Origin: Lama guanicoe
Lineage: Eukaryota
Direction: 5' to 3'
DNA: 64,000 nucleotides
NCBI GenBank assembly: GCA_013239625.1
Contig: MU054391.1
Coordinates: 2,447,130-2,511,129 of the forward strand
The stretch's first letter is position 1; the number at the start of each line of letters is the position of its first letter. A program made the position numbers and the translations under genes. Shown piece by piece: positions 51,590 through 64,000 of the stretch. The notes under the pieces are model-generated. The model saw only the letters and a list, made by a program, of their open reading frames with translations. It searched no databases and had not been told where the DNA came from.

Positions 51590-51800
51590 AACTAGCACAC
51601 ACCTGTTGCTGTGGAGTCTGAAACCCAGTTCTCACACATGCTGCCCTTTGGTCACGCTGACGCTGAGCGGTAAGTATGTCCTACTCCATTTCCCAAGTGA
51701 TAAACTTGAGGCTGAGGGAGGTGAAGGCACTGGCCCGAAGAGATGCAAATAAAGTGTGCCAGGCCGGCCAGGACTCCAGCCCCACTGAATGTCTCCCCTT
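51590..51800 (-). mobile_element. MIR SINE
   Basis: ctccatttcccaagtgataaacttgaggctgagggaggtgaaggcactggcccgaag, the MIR core. Confidence 0.7.
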
Positions 51801-52072
51801 CCATTTTATGGCTCTGCTTCTCTGTCTGTTAATGATCCGACTCCTTCCCCTGCCATCCTCAGCCCGTCAGTGGACGTTCCTGTTTTACTTAAATGCTGTT
51901 GGTCAGCGGACCATGCCGTGTAATTTCACACACTCGTGGCTTTCTCAGTAGTTCTCATTGCTGGAGTTCTTCTCCCAAGAAGCAGTGAAGCTCCTGTGGA
52001 TCCTATAAAATTCTCCATGATGTCATCTCTTTGGACCACATGCTTTCTGATATTTTAAAATATTTAAAAAGC

Positions 52073-53870
52073 TGTTTATTTATGGAAACGTTGAAGCATA
52101 CCCAACATAGAGCTTCAACCCTCATCCGTCTTCGCCCTTTTTGACACTTGCCCGCTCCCTTTCATGTACATGTTGCTTTTATTTATTTATTATTTTGGCT
52201 GGAATATTTCAAGACACATTCAGACATCTGTCACACTTCAACATACATCCCACAAAGTACAATTCCTTTTTCCATGATTAACCTGACTACAGTCACTTTA
52301 CGCCAGCCATTTCCCAGGGTGTCATCAATTGTCCTGGATTTTGTCAAATCGGTTTGTTCAGATGAGGAGAAAGATGAGATCCTCACACCAAAATTGGTTG
52401 ATTTGAAACTTATCTCCTTCAGCCTACGCCCCTGAGTCTCACCTATGGCCGCATGTTTTCCCAGACGTCTCATTTTTTGAAGAAATGGTGGAACGTGCCA
52501 CAGCCTGGATTCTGGCTCACTGCTCCTTGTGTTGTTTGCTACGCTCCCTTAGCCCGATTCTGGTTAATATTTCCTGTTAGGTCTGGAGGTTTGATTAAAG
52601 CCTCCTTCTTTATTGTTAGTAAGAGTACTTGAAGTAGGTTGTCAAGCATCTCCTCGTGTATCATCCTGGGTGGAAGCTACCTGTTCCACGTTTAAGCAGG
52701 TCGCGTTTATGACAGTTCGCCTTTAGATGCTGTCAGTCTGACCCATTCACTGGGCAGCCTGTCTTCCCAAGGGGGTTTTGCCAGGCACGGATGCTTCTGC
52801 ATCTGCTCCTTCATTAGGGGAGGCAAAACAGTGATTTCTGTGTTCTAAAACTTCTCCTACATGCATATAATCTTTTCTATAACAAATTTAATATTAAATG
52901 TTTGTATTTTCTTTTATTATCAATATTTAGAATAATGAATGGCGGTCTTGGATGCCTCCAGAGTTAAGCAATGATGGTGCTACCTTGTAAAAAGTATTTC
53001 TGCTGTGAATTAATGGATGCATGTGTTCATTATTTGTATGACGTAGCTCAATCCACTGAACCGTCATTCTCTTGGCTGCTCCAATTTTCTCATCGTGGAC
53101 CAGCGGGACCCAGGTCTTCCAGCTGTCTGTGATGGATGCAGGCTCCTGCTAATCTGTTATAACTTCTTTGCTTTTCTACATGACCCAGTGTCCCAGGCTC
53201 ATTCTGTGTTAAGTGAACCCTTTGAAAGTGTCAATACTCAACCACTTTTAACCCACAAAGGGGCACTCTCATACAATTCAATTGAGCACATTTTCTTCTT
53301 CAGCCAGGAGTCAGCCACCTTCCCCAAGGCCCCTGGTTCTTTTAGTGGGAAATGGTGTTTAGAAGCCACAGGTGGTAGCTGTGTTAAATAGTACTGCCTT
53401 GTCATTGCTTCAGTGTACGTTTCTTAAAAAAAAAAAAGGAATGAGTTCATAAATTATTTAGCAATCCATGCAAAGATCATGTGATTTGATTTTTATTAAA
53501 ATTTTTAAACTTTATTTTTGGATTTATTTTCTCTTATAGAAATCTTATTTCCTAATAATGTTGACACAGGTGTGCATTTTCTTTATCCTATTTAAACTAT
53601 TGTGCATATATAAAATAGTTTCTAAATTGTAAAACAGCTGTATAGCAAGACTGACATTATTTATAGAACAAGTATGACATGAAATTATTACAGACTAAAA
53701 GTGCAATGTAAGATTTATTTATATTTATTTTTGCCATTGGATATCACTTAATAATTCTTTGTGTCTCTGCCTTCTATTTGATATACTTTACATTTATTTC
53801 CATTTTTTTATATTTTTTGAGATTTTTTCTTTTTAATTAAAAAAATGTTGACTTTTCATAGTTCCAAAGT
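52073..53870 (-). mobile_element. L1MC-type (L1MC4/5-like) LINE-1 3' region, highly diverged
   Basis: tttatttatggaaacgttgaagcatac, ctggaatatttcaagacacattcagacatc, and tcagccaccttccccaaggcccctggttcttttagtgggaaatggtgtttagaagcca. Confidence 0.65.
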
Positions 53871-54061
53871 CGCCCAGACATCTTAATCATACAACTCTAT
53901 AACATTTCTGTATTTGCTCTCATTGTATGTGTAATATTTTGTAATTGTATGTTTTAAAGACAGTGTACCTCACTTCAGGAAAAAAGTAAAATCAGATTCT
54001 GTGTCTGAATATAGCAAAGTATTTGGCACAGAGCAAGTGTTTTAAATTTATTCATAAGTCT

Positions 54062-54084
54062 TGTGTGTGTGTGTGTGTGTGTGT
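54062..54084. repeat. (TG)11 microsatellite
   Basis: Read directly. Confidence 0.95.
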
Positions 54085-54321
54085 TAAGGAAAGAATGAAA
54101 CAGTTATACATTGGGAGAATAGTGTCTGTTTCTGGAATATATAATGTCTGTGTTGATATCAGAAAAAGTTGGGAATAAAGGTCAGTGTGGTGTGTTTGGA
54201 ATCACTGGATACCCTTCCACTGTGAGTAATGATGAAAGTAATGCTGTCGTAGGTCAGATAAATTCACCAAATCGAGTGAAGATGGGATGGTGGCCTGCAG
54301 GTTTTTAAATAAGCAGAAACT

Positions 54322-54570
54322 CAATGGTCAAGTTCTGTGACTCTAGAGTGAGACAGACCTGGAACTAAATCCCAGCCCAGCTTTACCCCTAAATACAAAG
54401 GTAACCTTGGGAAAGTACCCACACTTCCTGCGTCCAAGATCCCTCGACTATGAAATGAAGACAGAGAAAATTCCTGTCGTGTAAGGTTACCGTGGGATGT
54501 CAGTAATAGGACACATGCAAAGAGCTTTCCAGGGCCTTGGACAACAGAAACAGTTACCCCTGAATAGCGA
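54322..54570 (+). mobile_element. Near full-length MIR SINE
   Basis: aatggtcaag...tgactctagagtgagacagacctggaactaaatcccagc...gtaaccttgggaaagtacccacacttcctg...atgcaaagagctt. Confidence 0.8.
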
Positions 54571-54705
54571 TCACCCCACCTGCATCACGCTCACCATCGT
54601 TATTACTAATATTTACCACGCTGCTTTAAAATGTACTCAGATTTCTTAATTAAGGTAGTAGTTTTATCTTAAGTTCAACTAAGTGTACTCCAGAGTTACT
54701 TCAGG

Positions 54706-54874
54706 CAGTGGTCATTTTCAGCTTTGAGTGCACCTGGAAGAAGGTAGAAAACTTCAAAAATACTGGTACCTGGCGCCGCCCCCGGAGATTCTGATGTAAA
54801 CCTTCTAGGGTGTGGACCGAGTACGTTAACAGCTCCGAATGATTCTTTGGTGACACCAAAGTTGAGGAGCACTG
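54706..54874. mobile_element. MER5A-type hAT DNA transposon
   Basis: Termini cagtggtc...gagcactg; core aaaaatactggtacctgg...ccccggagattctgat...aacagctccgaatgattct...aaagttgag. Confidence 0.75.
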
Positions 54875-54931
54875 CTGACGGTCTTTGGATGCCAGTGACC
54901 TTGTGAGAGGCTGTTGGTGTTTGACGTACTG

Positions 54932-54938
54932 ATGTGTG

Positions 54939-54969
<31 letters not shown>

Positions 54970-55003
54970 ACATGCATATGTATATATACACACACACATA
55001 TAT
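54932..55003. repeat. Compound (TG)/(TA)/(CA) alternating purine-pyrimidine repeat
   Basis: atgtgtgtatatatatgtgtg...tacatgcatatgtatatatacacacacacatatata. Confidence 0.9.
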
Positions 55004-55329
55004 AAATGTCATTTAAATATTTATAAATACATATTTGTTATATATTAATTTGTATATTTAAGTCTAGGCAATCTGAGAAAAGTCAAAATGCTCAAAGTCA
55101 AGTTCCATTAAGAGGAGCACATGCAGCTCAGGCAGAAGCCCACTGCTGGTCTCTGTCTACTAAACACAGACAGAGGACTTTATTATCAGCAAAGAATCAC
55201 TCATGTCTAATTTGAGCTCAAAGACCAGTGAATTCCACTCATGTTTTGTGAATAAAGGTAAAATGAATCAGTTTCTAGTGGACTAGTGCTCTGAGGTCAG
55301 CCGAAACCATCCTCCTGGGAAGGAGAGGT

Positions 55330-55830
55330 GCGGCACATGCTATCTTCCCTCCAGCGACGGCGCCTCTCTCCGAGCTTGAGACACATAAACGGTGGAGATT
55401 GAGAGGGACGGAGGCTTGCCGTCCCCCTGCCGCGCCAGCTGCGCCACCAGGCACTTCCGTGCTTCACCGGTTCCCTCCTTGTTCCTCTTGACGAGAGCAA
55501 GACAGTGCTGCTCGGAATGTGACCAGGGGTAATAAATCAAGGTCTTTGCAAACATCCCAGGCAGTTTAAAGCTCCCCGTAACTACAACAGCAACATAATG
55601 AAATACAAATTTTAAAAACATACAGCAGGGCAGTGAAAGCATTACTGTAGGACCTTTGCTTTAAAACCGGATCCTGGGCTGCTCCTAACTGCACGGTTCG
55701 TTACCTTTACTTGTGGTTTCCACGTAGACATAATTCTAAGTGCTGAGCAGGTGCGCGGCCTCTGTGTCACGGACTCGGTCGGCTGTGACCATGCTCGGCG
55801 CTGCCTACGCCACGTGCGCGGGCCGGGAGA
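55330..55830. promoter_or_regulatory. CpG-rich, repeat-free segment (possible enhancer or weak island)
   Basis: CpG clusters at 55330-55470 and 55750-55830 flank an AT-richer core; ETS-like cacttccg at 55452. Confidence 0.35.
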
Positions 55831-57360
55831 GGAAATGTTTGAACTATTGTCTTCTGCTCCCTTTAAAAAGCGTGCTGTCTAGCAGGAAGACGTAAGTGGT
55901 TCCGATTTCTCCCCGGGCCACTGTGCTCTCGTGTGTGCTGTTTGACTCTTAGTGAGTTTAGATGTCTAGTTTTTTTTGTTTTGAGATTTACCAATTCAAG
56001 GACAATGCTAGATCATAGCTACTGAAGGGTTTAAATGACAAAAATAAATGAATTTCATTCCATTCCATATATATACACATATATATATAATATATGTATA
56101 TACACATACATACATACAAAATATATATATGCATAAATGCATAGACATGTATCCTTGCTTGGGATTGCACCCTCTTCCATGCAGATGTACAAATACATCC
56201 CCTTCTTGGAATTGGAGCCAGGTTACCTGTTAGGAAGGAACGGAAATGGCAGTGTGGACAGGAAACCCTGAAGGGCTTTGTCACTGAGAAGACAGTCCAC
56301 GACGTGGGGAGGGGACCAGGAGCTTGGGGCTGGGCCTGGGCTGGTGATGGCAGAGTCTCCAGAAGGCCATCAACGTCAGCAAAGGTGCTCATCAGCATGT
56401 TTTCCTTATGAGTTGCACTAAAAACCAAGCATCTTGGGATTAATTACAATAGATTGGGATACACGTGTCTGTGTAATTATATCTCTGCCATATGTGTATA
56501 TATGCCAGGTTGACATGGTTGGTGGGAGATTGATGCTGCTTCCAAGGCACTCCTGACGGACTCTTCAGGGCTAAGCGTCGCTGACTGCTGCATCCTTTTG
56601 ACTTATCGTTTTAAAGGAGCAGCACCACGTTGCCCACGGATGAGATGAGACCACGTGGTGGGAGCAACGTCACCGAGCACTGACTCAGTTTCCCTCTCGC
56701 TGACTTTCATGGGACTTGGAATGACGCTTTCGAGCCTCCAAGGCTCCCCTCTTAAGACACAAACACTTGGGTGAAGAAAGAGAAAAGGAAGTAGAAGCAG
56801 AGCCAAACATAAACATCTTCTTACCCAGCGTCCTGCAGACTGAAGCACGGGAACTCGGCACCGACTTGTCACTGACCTGGGAAGTACAACTGCCTCTCTG
56901 GACCTTCAGGATTCAAGGACCCTGGCGGCTGTGGCCACAGACAGCACGTTCTCTTATCCTCACTCTTCAGTTGACCTTAACCACATCTATTAATTTTTCA
57001 ATGTTTTATCACTCTACCTAGAACTCCCCTCCCATCTCTGCACCACTGAGTCTCAGCTCTGGTTACCTTCTGCAAGGAGGCATCCCTGAATCCCTCTCTT
57101 GTCTTGTGTTAACATCCTCCGTGTCCCTCTGGGTCTGTCGTCAGTCACTTTTGCCATCTCCGCCTTTCAAATGTGGAGTCAGGCACAACCTTCTACATCT
57201 CTGTACTTGGGTGTTCAGGGTATAGAATGACCATGTGAATGACCATGCTTAAGGCAGCAATGTCACACCGGTTGTGCTGTGTCACTCACAAGAGTTGATG
57301 CCATTCAGGCTTTACAACAAGCCTGTGTCATTTGTGTATGTGTGCGTGTATTTTGTTTTA

Positions 57361-58013
57361 TTTTATTTCTTATTAAGGTATAGTCAGTTTACAATGTTGT
57401 GTCAATTTCTGGTGTCCAGCATAATAGTTCAGTCATACATATGCATACATATAATCATTTTCATATTCCTTTTCATAATAGGCCACTACAAGATATTGAA
57501 TATAGTTCCCTGTGCTCTACAGAAGAAAACTTGTTGTTTATTTATTTTATATACAGTAGTTAGTATCTGTAAATCTCCAACTCTCAATTTATCCCTTCCC
57601 ACTCCCTTTCCCCCAGTAACCATAAATCTGTTTTCTATGTCTTTGAGTCTGTTTCTGTTTTGTAAATAAGTCCATTTGTCTTTTTTTTTTTTTTTTATAT
57701 TTCACATATTTTTGATCTTTTTTTTTTTTTTTTTTTTTTTATTTTCCACTTCACTTAGAATGACAATCCCTAGGTCCATCCATGTTGCTGCAAATGGCAT
57801 TCTTTTATTCTTTTTTATAGCTGAGTAGTATTCCATTGTATAAATATATCATATCTTCTTTATCCAGTCATCTGTCGATGGACATTTAGGTTGTTTCCAT
57901 GTCTTCGTTGTTGTAAACAGTGCAGCTATGAACATTGGAGTGCAGGCATCTTTTTGAATTAAGGTTCCCTCTGGGTATATGCCGAAGAGTGGGATTGCTG
58001 GATCATATGGTAG
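57361..58013 (-). mobile_element. 5'-truncated camelid LINE-1 3' end (ORF2 tail plus complete 3' UTR)
   Basis: ORF 57849..58040 (LPYDPAIPLFGIYPEG...[27 protein letters not shown]) is L1 ORF2; the 3' UTR begins ttattaaggtatagtcagtttacaatgttgtgtcaatttctggtg. Confidence 0.95.
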
Positions 58014-58841
58014 GTATGTTTTCTTGTGCTCGGCATTCATGGGGAAAACTCAGCACTGCCTCCCAGGGTAGGGCCTGTGCTGGAGAAGGTGGACGGGATC
58101 TCCATATTATCTTATAGCCTGTGTGAACCTGTAGATATCTCAGCATTGGAGTCTAATTGTTCTTGCATGTAAGAAAGAACTATTAAAGAATGTATTTCAT
58201 CAAGAAAGAAATTGACCCCAAGTGGAAGAGAATATTTTCTTCTATATATTGAAATATTTCAGAAATATTTTTAGAAAGAAAAGTGAATACTTATCAACTA
58301 TGGATTTGAAAATAAAAACTGTAGAATTTACTGTGGGGTGAATTTTGGAGATCATTTAAACCCCTGTTTCACTAATGTCAAAAGTAATGACCATTTAGAG
58401 TGAATTATTTCCCTGAGATCACACAGAGAAGGGGCTGCCAAGCAGGACAAGGTCTCCAAACCGCTTCACCAGAGCTACTTCTGTTTTTCCACACTGCTGG
58501 ATCAGGCTGAACTTGAAAATGGACTATTGTTAAATCTAATGAAGGAATATTTTTTTTCTATTCACTAGCTAATTGCCTAGAGAGAGGCCATGTCTGAATC
58601 AAGCCTGTGTATTTTGACAGCGATTAGGGAAATAAAAACATAGAAACCCCACAGTTTGCCTGGGGAGGGGGCGTGTCGGGAGGTGCCAGGCAGGCAGGGG
58701 AAGGGCAGATGCCGCAGCAGAGGGGCTGACGCAGGTGCCAGGACCCCAGTGTACAGCCCCTGGCAGGGGTAAGCCGCTGCCTCCGGAAGCTTCCACATGC
58801 TCCACCCTGAAATGAGGGACCTGGTCGAGCCCTTTATTCTT

Positions 58842-58968
58842 TTTTATTTTTTAACTCTTGAAAAAACAATTTTTTAATTTATTTTATTGTTAGTGGAGGT
58901 GCTGGGGACGGAACCCAGGACCCCGGGCATGCTAAGCACGTGCTCTACCTCTAAGCTAGACCCTCCCC
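58842..58968 (-). mobile_element. tRNA-derived SINE, camelid Vic-1 type
   Basis: ggaggtgctggggacggaacccaggacccc...catgctaagcacgtgctctacctctaagctagaccctcccc is the reverse complement of the 49898 family. TSD cgagccctttattctt (58826-58841) vs cgaggtccttattctt (58970-58985), 13/16 identical. Confidence 0.9.
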
Positions 58969-59739
58969 GCGAGGTCCTTATTCTTAACATAGAGCATCCT
59001 GTGTTACACTAACGTATTTGAATTCTCCACTCAGATCCCTGGAAGAAGAAGGGGACGAAAAAGGGAAGGGGTGAAGAAACCCCCACAGCATTATGTGTCC
59101 AAAAAAGGAAAAGAGGAGATAAACTTTGTCTGTCTGTGGATCCATGGTGAGGGGATGTTGACCTGTAGGGGTTTTGACTTAATGTCAAGTTTTAAAGTTC
59201 TGTAATTTTATTAACCTCCTTAATAAAAATAATTTATACAGACATGTCTCTGGGCGCTGCAGGGACAGCTGAGACCCACGCGGCCTCTGCAAAGGAAGTG
59301 ATGCCCACGTGCAGCTGAGTCGGAGGCTCTGGGATTTATACATAAGCTTCAAACTTGGCTTTGTACTTGAGTAGACCTTTGGACATACGTAGGATCCGTG
59401 TAAACTCGGATTTGGAAATATGTAAGATTTGTACATAAGCTCCAAGCTTAAGGAGGAGGAGCCTCTGTTCTTTCTCATCTCCTACTGGGCGATGCAGGTG
59501 CGCAGTTCCTGCTCCATAGCTCTCCTGGGTGTGGGGAGAGTACTCCTGCTCATCAGTCCTCACCAGGAACTTGATCTCCAATAAGCGGAGAACAGTCTGT
59601 AACTCAGAGGAACACACACACATGATTAAGAAGTATCTGCTTCTAAAACCTTTTGTTTTCTGAATGTGCTGCGCCAGACACTTAATGATCACATACACTG
59701 AGGACACAAGAACAAAAGATTGAGGAAGCTGATTAATAC

Positions 59740-59910
59740 TTATCCATTCATGAGAGCCAGCTCACGAGCCCATACTCTGAGCGTGGTAGAGTGAAATTAA
59801 TTATAAATGCAAGGAAATTAAGGCCTGAAGAGGTTAAAGACTTTTTAAAATTGTAAACAGAAAGTAAGGGGTAAAGCCAACATGGAACCCTTGGCCGCCG
59901 GTTCCCAAAG
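59740..59910 (-). mobile_element. MIR SINE fragment
   Basis: aaatgcaaggaaattaaggcctgaagaggttaaagactt. Confidence 0.55.
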
Positions 59911-62900
59911 CCCCTCCTCCCACTAGGTCACCGTGTCTCCATGGTACGCACTGAGCGTCTCGTGTGTGGACCCCATTATATCAAATACCCGCTTTCCCAT
60001 TTCACCTGTTATCTGAGTAACACGAATAAAATTCCTCAACTTTTCTCTGAACGAGATGTAAGGGGATAGGTTACAGGGATGAATAATGATTTTAAGAAGT
60101 ACCTTCACTATGCATTTTTACTTGCTGTGTATGTATTGCAAAGTGAGATTTTGTGTGCATAATTACCTGCTTCATGGTCATCTTCATGAACATTAATATT
60201 CTTGTAAAATACTGCCTTGTTGTTCATTACTTTTGAATTAAGAATAGGTCTTCATTCCCTTTTTCCATTGTCTTTTCTTTAATAAATAAAAAACCTCAAC
60301 CATTAACGTATTCTTACAAGACAAGAATGATAAAGCTTTAAGTGGTTCATTGAATAGATATAAAATGCTCCCTTTTGCTGTTTCTTCTCATTTGGGAATG
60401 CACTGTCTACAAAATACTTTCAGATGATCAGTTTTATTGATTATGCAATATTTACACTCGAGGGAAGAGATGGTCTTGGTCATGTTGACTGTGGCTGATT
60501 CACAGATCACAGTGTAATGACAGGCAAGCAGGGTGTGGCACTTTGGGTGGGGGGCAAGCAGGTTAAGAACCACAGAGGAAAGGGAAAGTGCATCCAAGGT
60601 GTGACGTGAAATCCCCTGGTCCCCTGAGGGCCAGCTGGGTTGCGCCTGCACTCAGCCTGCAAGTAACTTCACGGATTAAACTGGAAAAGTGCTGGGAGGG
60701 CGAGGGGGCAAAAATCTCTTGATAAATGTGTGCTAACCAGGTAGATGGCTCATGCGTTGGACAATCGCCCTCAGAACGCCCTGTCTCATCTCACACATTG
60801 TGAGGGCGATCCTGACACGCCCTCTTGGCTCCACGCAGGTTCATGATGCCCGTACTTTTCCAGAACTTTCTGCCACCGTGGCCTTGCACGGGCTCTCCCA
60901 CCCCCCGAAATCCGCTCCCTCATCGTCCGCTTGGTATTTTTGCAGCTCGTCGTTCAGAACAAGCTCAGACCCTTCCCCTCTGTCCCTTCCCTCCACTCTC
61001 CATCCGCCTTTGCATCTGTCACCTGATGAACGCAGACCCTGTATTCTAGTGTTTTTTTGTGTGTTTCCACGCTGTTCTCTGAGAATTCTGCGAATTCTTC
61101 AAGAACAAGGTCTACTTTCTTTCTTACGTCTAGAGGAGGGTCAGTTACTGTGAGTGGAATTAGTTTGTTGGACTGTAGAATAAGACGGTGCTCCAGCTGC
61201 GTCTTCCTGCCACCTGCAGCTTGACTGTCTCTAGGTGTGAGAAACAGGAAACTGCAAGCTGTGTGCACGTGGCCAGAGCGCTGGGGACGCACGGGAAGCC
61301 ATCGCAGGGCAGGAGTCACCTGGTTGGGCCGCTGGAAAGCCATGAGTAGGAACTGGCAGCCTGAGTCCTGCTGTGGGAGCCCTTGTCTCGTGGAGGGCGA
61401 CCAGCTGGGCGAGCTCATTAGCCCGGCTGGTCGTCTGTGCCCGTCAGCGCCCCCCCGAACACCGTCAGCCCACAGCTTAAAAATGACCCAGCAGGAGAGA
61501 AACACTCCACAGAAACGCCCCTCGTTGACTTCAGTAAGCGTCAGACACAGGCTGTGAGGGAGAATTCGGCGGACGAAAGGGGAGCCGTCCGTGTCCTGTG
61601 ATTAACGTGGCTTCTGCGGGTGGCGTTTTTGTTGTTGGCACACCGATCAGGAGGGATTTGTGTCCAGAGCATGATAAATGCAAAGGCCAGACACTTTCTG
61701 TATTCTCTCGTGGTCTCTTACACATTCTCTTCACAAACGCACTAGAGGGTATGTTTGAAAGGGACCATGGGATGCAACCGTTTATGTATCTCTTAGGCTG
61801 CTCCCGGGGTTTGCTTTGAAATGTTTTGCTCTTGTTTCAGAAACCTTTAGAAAATACGCCGGAGTGCCATGGAGTTAGAACGAGCCCCAGAGCTCATCTG
61901 CCCCAAGCTTCTTCCCAAAAGTGCTGGTGCAAGTTAAAAACAACTGCTTACAATATGGAAGTCTTTCTCTTGGAAGCGGAGGAGGGAACTGCGAGGTGGA
62001 AATGCACGTGAGTACTTTCTCTAGTGTAAAAATCACCAGCGTGTAATCCCCATAGTAACCTCATCGCTTGCTATGCACTTAGACGGCTCCTGAAAAGCTG
62101 TTTTCAAAAAACAAAATGAACCATCGAATACGGCGCTTGATTTTCTTCATTGATTTAAGTTTTGGTCTGCTAACGAGAATTCCGAGAACACTTCTAAGGG
62201 CCACGCTTTTGGATGCTCAGCTTGAAATTAGAAATGAAAGGATGGAAACTGACTATCACTGAACGTCTACGAATTCGACTGTGTTCCAGCATGCCTCACG
62301 GGTTCACGTAAACACAAAAGAACGTGCGCTTCTTTCGATAATCTCCATCCGTAGTCTATACATTTTATAACCCACATTAAGTAGTCAAACTGAAGTTTTC
62401 CAATCTCATTTTGTTTAAAATGGAAATCAGTGGCAGCTTTTAAAGATTTCACTGTAAACAACTTATTTATTTTATCTTAATTATCTACAATTTACCTGAT
62501 AGCCGCTATTTTATAAGGAAATGAGGTAGAAAACAATTCTCCACCTTTACAAGCAATCTTGCTTAGACTACAGATTCATAAAAACATCTGTCCCAACTAA
62601 TTATGTATTATTTTCATTAAGAAATTGTACTGATCACACCAGAGGAAACTTTGCGTATGAAATATCTTGTGTTTGATGCACCCTGGGCTCAGAAGAGGAG
62701 TGTCTTAAACACTCACACCCAGGAGAGGACACCAAGCAGAGGGCGCAGCGGCGCTGCACTGAGCTGCCTCCCACCCCCGGCCCTACGAAGGGGCGCGGTG
62801 ATGGCCACGCGGTACGCGGAGCTGGTCACTGTGGTGTCCTCACGTGCAAGGAGCATCCCCTCCCACTCCGGTGTGCAGTTGCTGTGTTACATGTTAGGGC

Positions 62901-64000
62901 TGCAAATTCAATCAAGGTCAACGTAATTACTGTTCTTGGAGAATTTATAATATAATGAACATGAGTAAGAGTTTGGGTGAAATGTACCTAAAATAACTGC
63001 TCTAAAATAATGGAAGCAGGTGCACGTGCAGGACAGCGCATCGGGAGGGCCTCCCTGAGGGTGTGGTGCTTGGACGGAGCCCTAGGTGGGGGCTCATGCC
63101 ACCACCGCCACCACAAATGCCCCTCACTCCGGCTTCAATTTAGTTAGTCCTCCTTAAGTCCATGCAGAAGGCATCAAGCAATCACCCTGAGAAAATCAGG
63201 GTTGCCTCTTGTGTAGCTTGACTTTCCTGGATGCATCCGGCCTCCCCAGGCTGACTGTCCTGCCAAATTGTCGCCTCCTGTATACCTGTCCTCCTGCCCC
63301 CTTGAGCCTCTGCAGAACCAGCCACGTCTGGTCACTCAAGTGCCGCTTCTCACAAGGGCCAGATTTAAACCACAGCTGGGGTCTGAATCAGCTCCGTAGT
63401 ATTTCCAGGGCGGGAGGGGTCTCGGGGCACCAAACTCCCTCCCAGGTCAGCTTCTGCAGTTTGAGACTTTAGGCTGACGTCACTGCTCTTCTCTCATTCT
63501 GTGGCAGGACTAGGTCTCACTCTGTCTAAGTAAGCTATTCTCATTTTAGGGACAAAAAAGAGAGAAAGAGACAATTTTGCTTATCTGTGTAACACGTATC
63601 TTGTGCTCAGGAAAGGGCAGTCCAGAAAGACCCTTTCTCTTGACCCTGGAGTTCTGGAGAAAGGTACCTCCTGTGATTAGATGGCGTAGGTGTGCAGAGA
63701 CACTGTAAGTGGCTGCAGCCAGGAGGGTGCTCACAGGGAGTCGGTGTTCTTCACGGATGTAACGGCATGTTCCAGCTGAGGCTCCGACTAGAAGACAATG
63801 GCGTGTCCCCAGGATCGTGAGCCTTTGCCTTAGGCAGGGAGTGTGGACATTAAAAGGACAAGGTCAGTGAGGGAGCAGTGTCTCCGGGTGGACTGTGGGG
63901 TCTCACAGTGTGTGTAGGGAGGAGGCCACCGCTGTGCACGCCCTTTAACCACGTTCTCAGCCTAACTTCCGCGGCAAGTTAGCACGAAGGGACCATCAGT

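Noticed and set aside
51410..51676. Plus-strand exon ending in G|gtaagt
   Set aside because: The donor lies in a MIR and all frames across the segment contain stops.
1..64000. Prokaryotic-type systems (CRISPR array, operon, defence island) or an intact endogenous virus
   Set aside because: No regularly spaced direct repeats, no long gene-dense ORFs and no gag/pol/env. The sequence is mammalian, with only solo MaLR LTR remnants.

Overview
Mammalian genomic DNA, most likely camelid (alpaca/vicugna/camel), judged from two tRNA-derived SINEs of the Vic-1 type and artiodactyl-type LINE-1 3' ends. I found no protein-coding gene I can recognise. The only ORF-track peptides with a recognisable homolog are LINE-1 ORF2 remnants. 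The window looks intronic or intergenic, with many interspersed repeats (L1, L2, MIR, MER20, MER5A, MLT1), microsatellites and 3-4 CpG-island-like segments (~16.8-17.4, 41.5-42.0, 45.4-46.3, 55.3-55.8 kb). The best leads are: a candidate spliced minus-strand transcript starting at the 41.5-kb CpG island; strongly AT-to-GC shifted ancient repeats; a 23-bp L1 micro-insertion with a perfect TSD; an L1 lacking its 3' UTR and TSDs; and two hairpin-forming elements. I cannot support a new biological system from this sequence. Repeat family names come from remembered consensus sequences, not a database search, and repeat boundaries are approximate unless TSDs are given.
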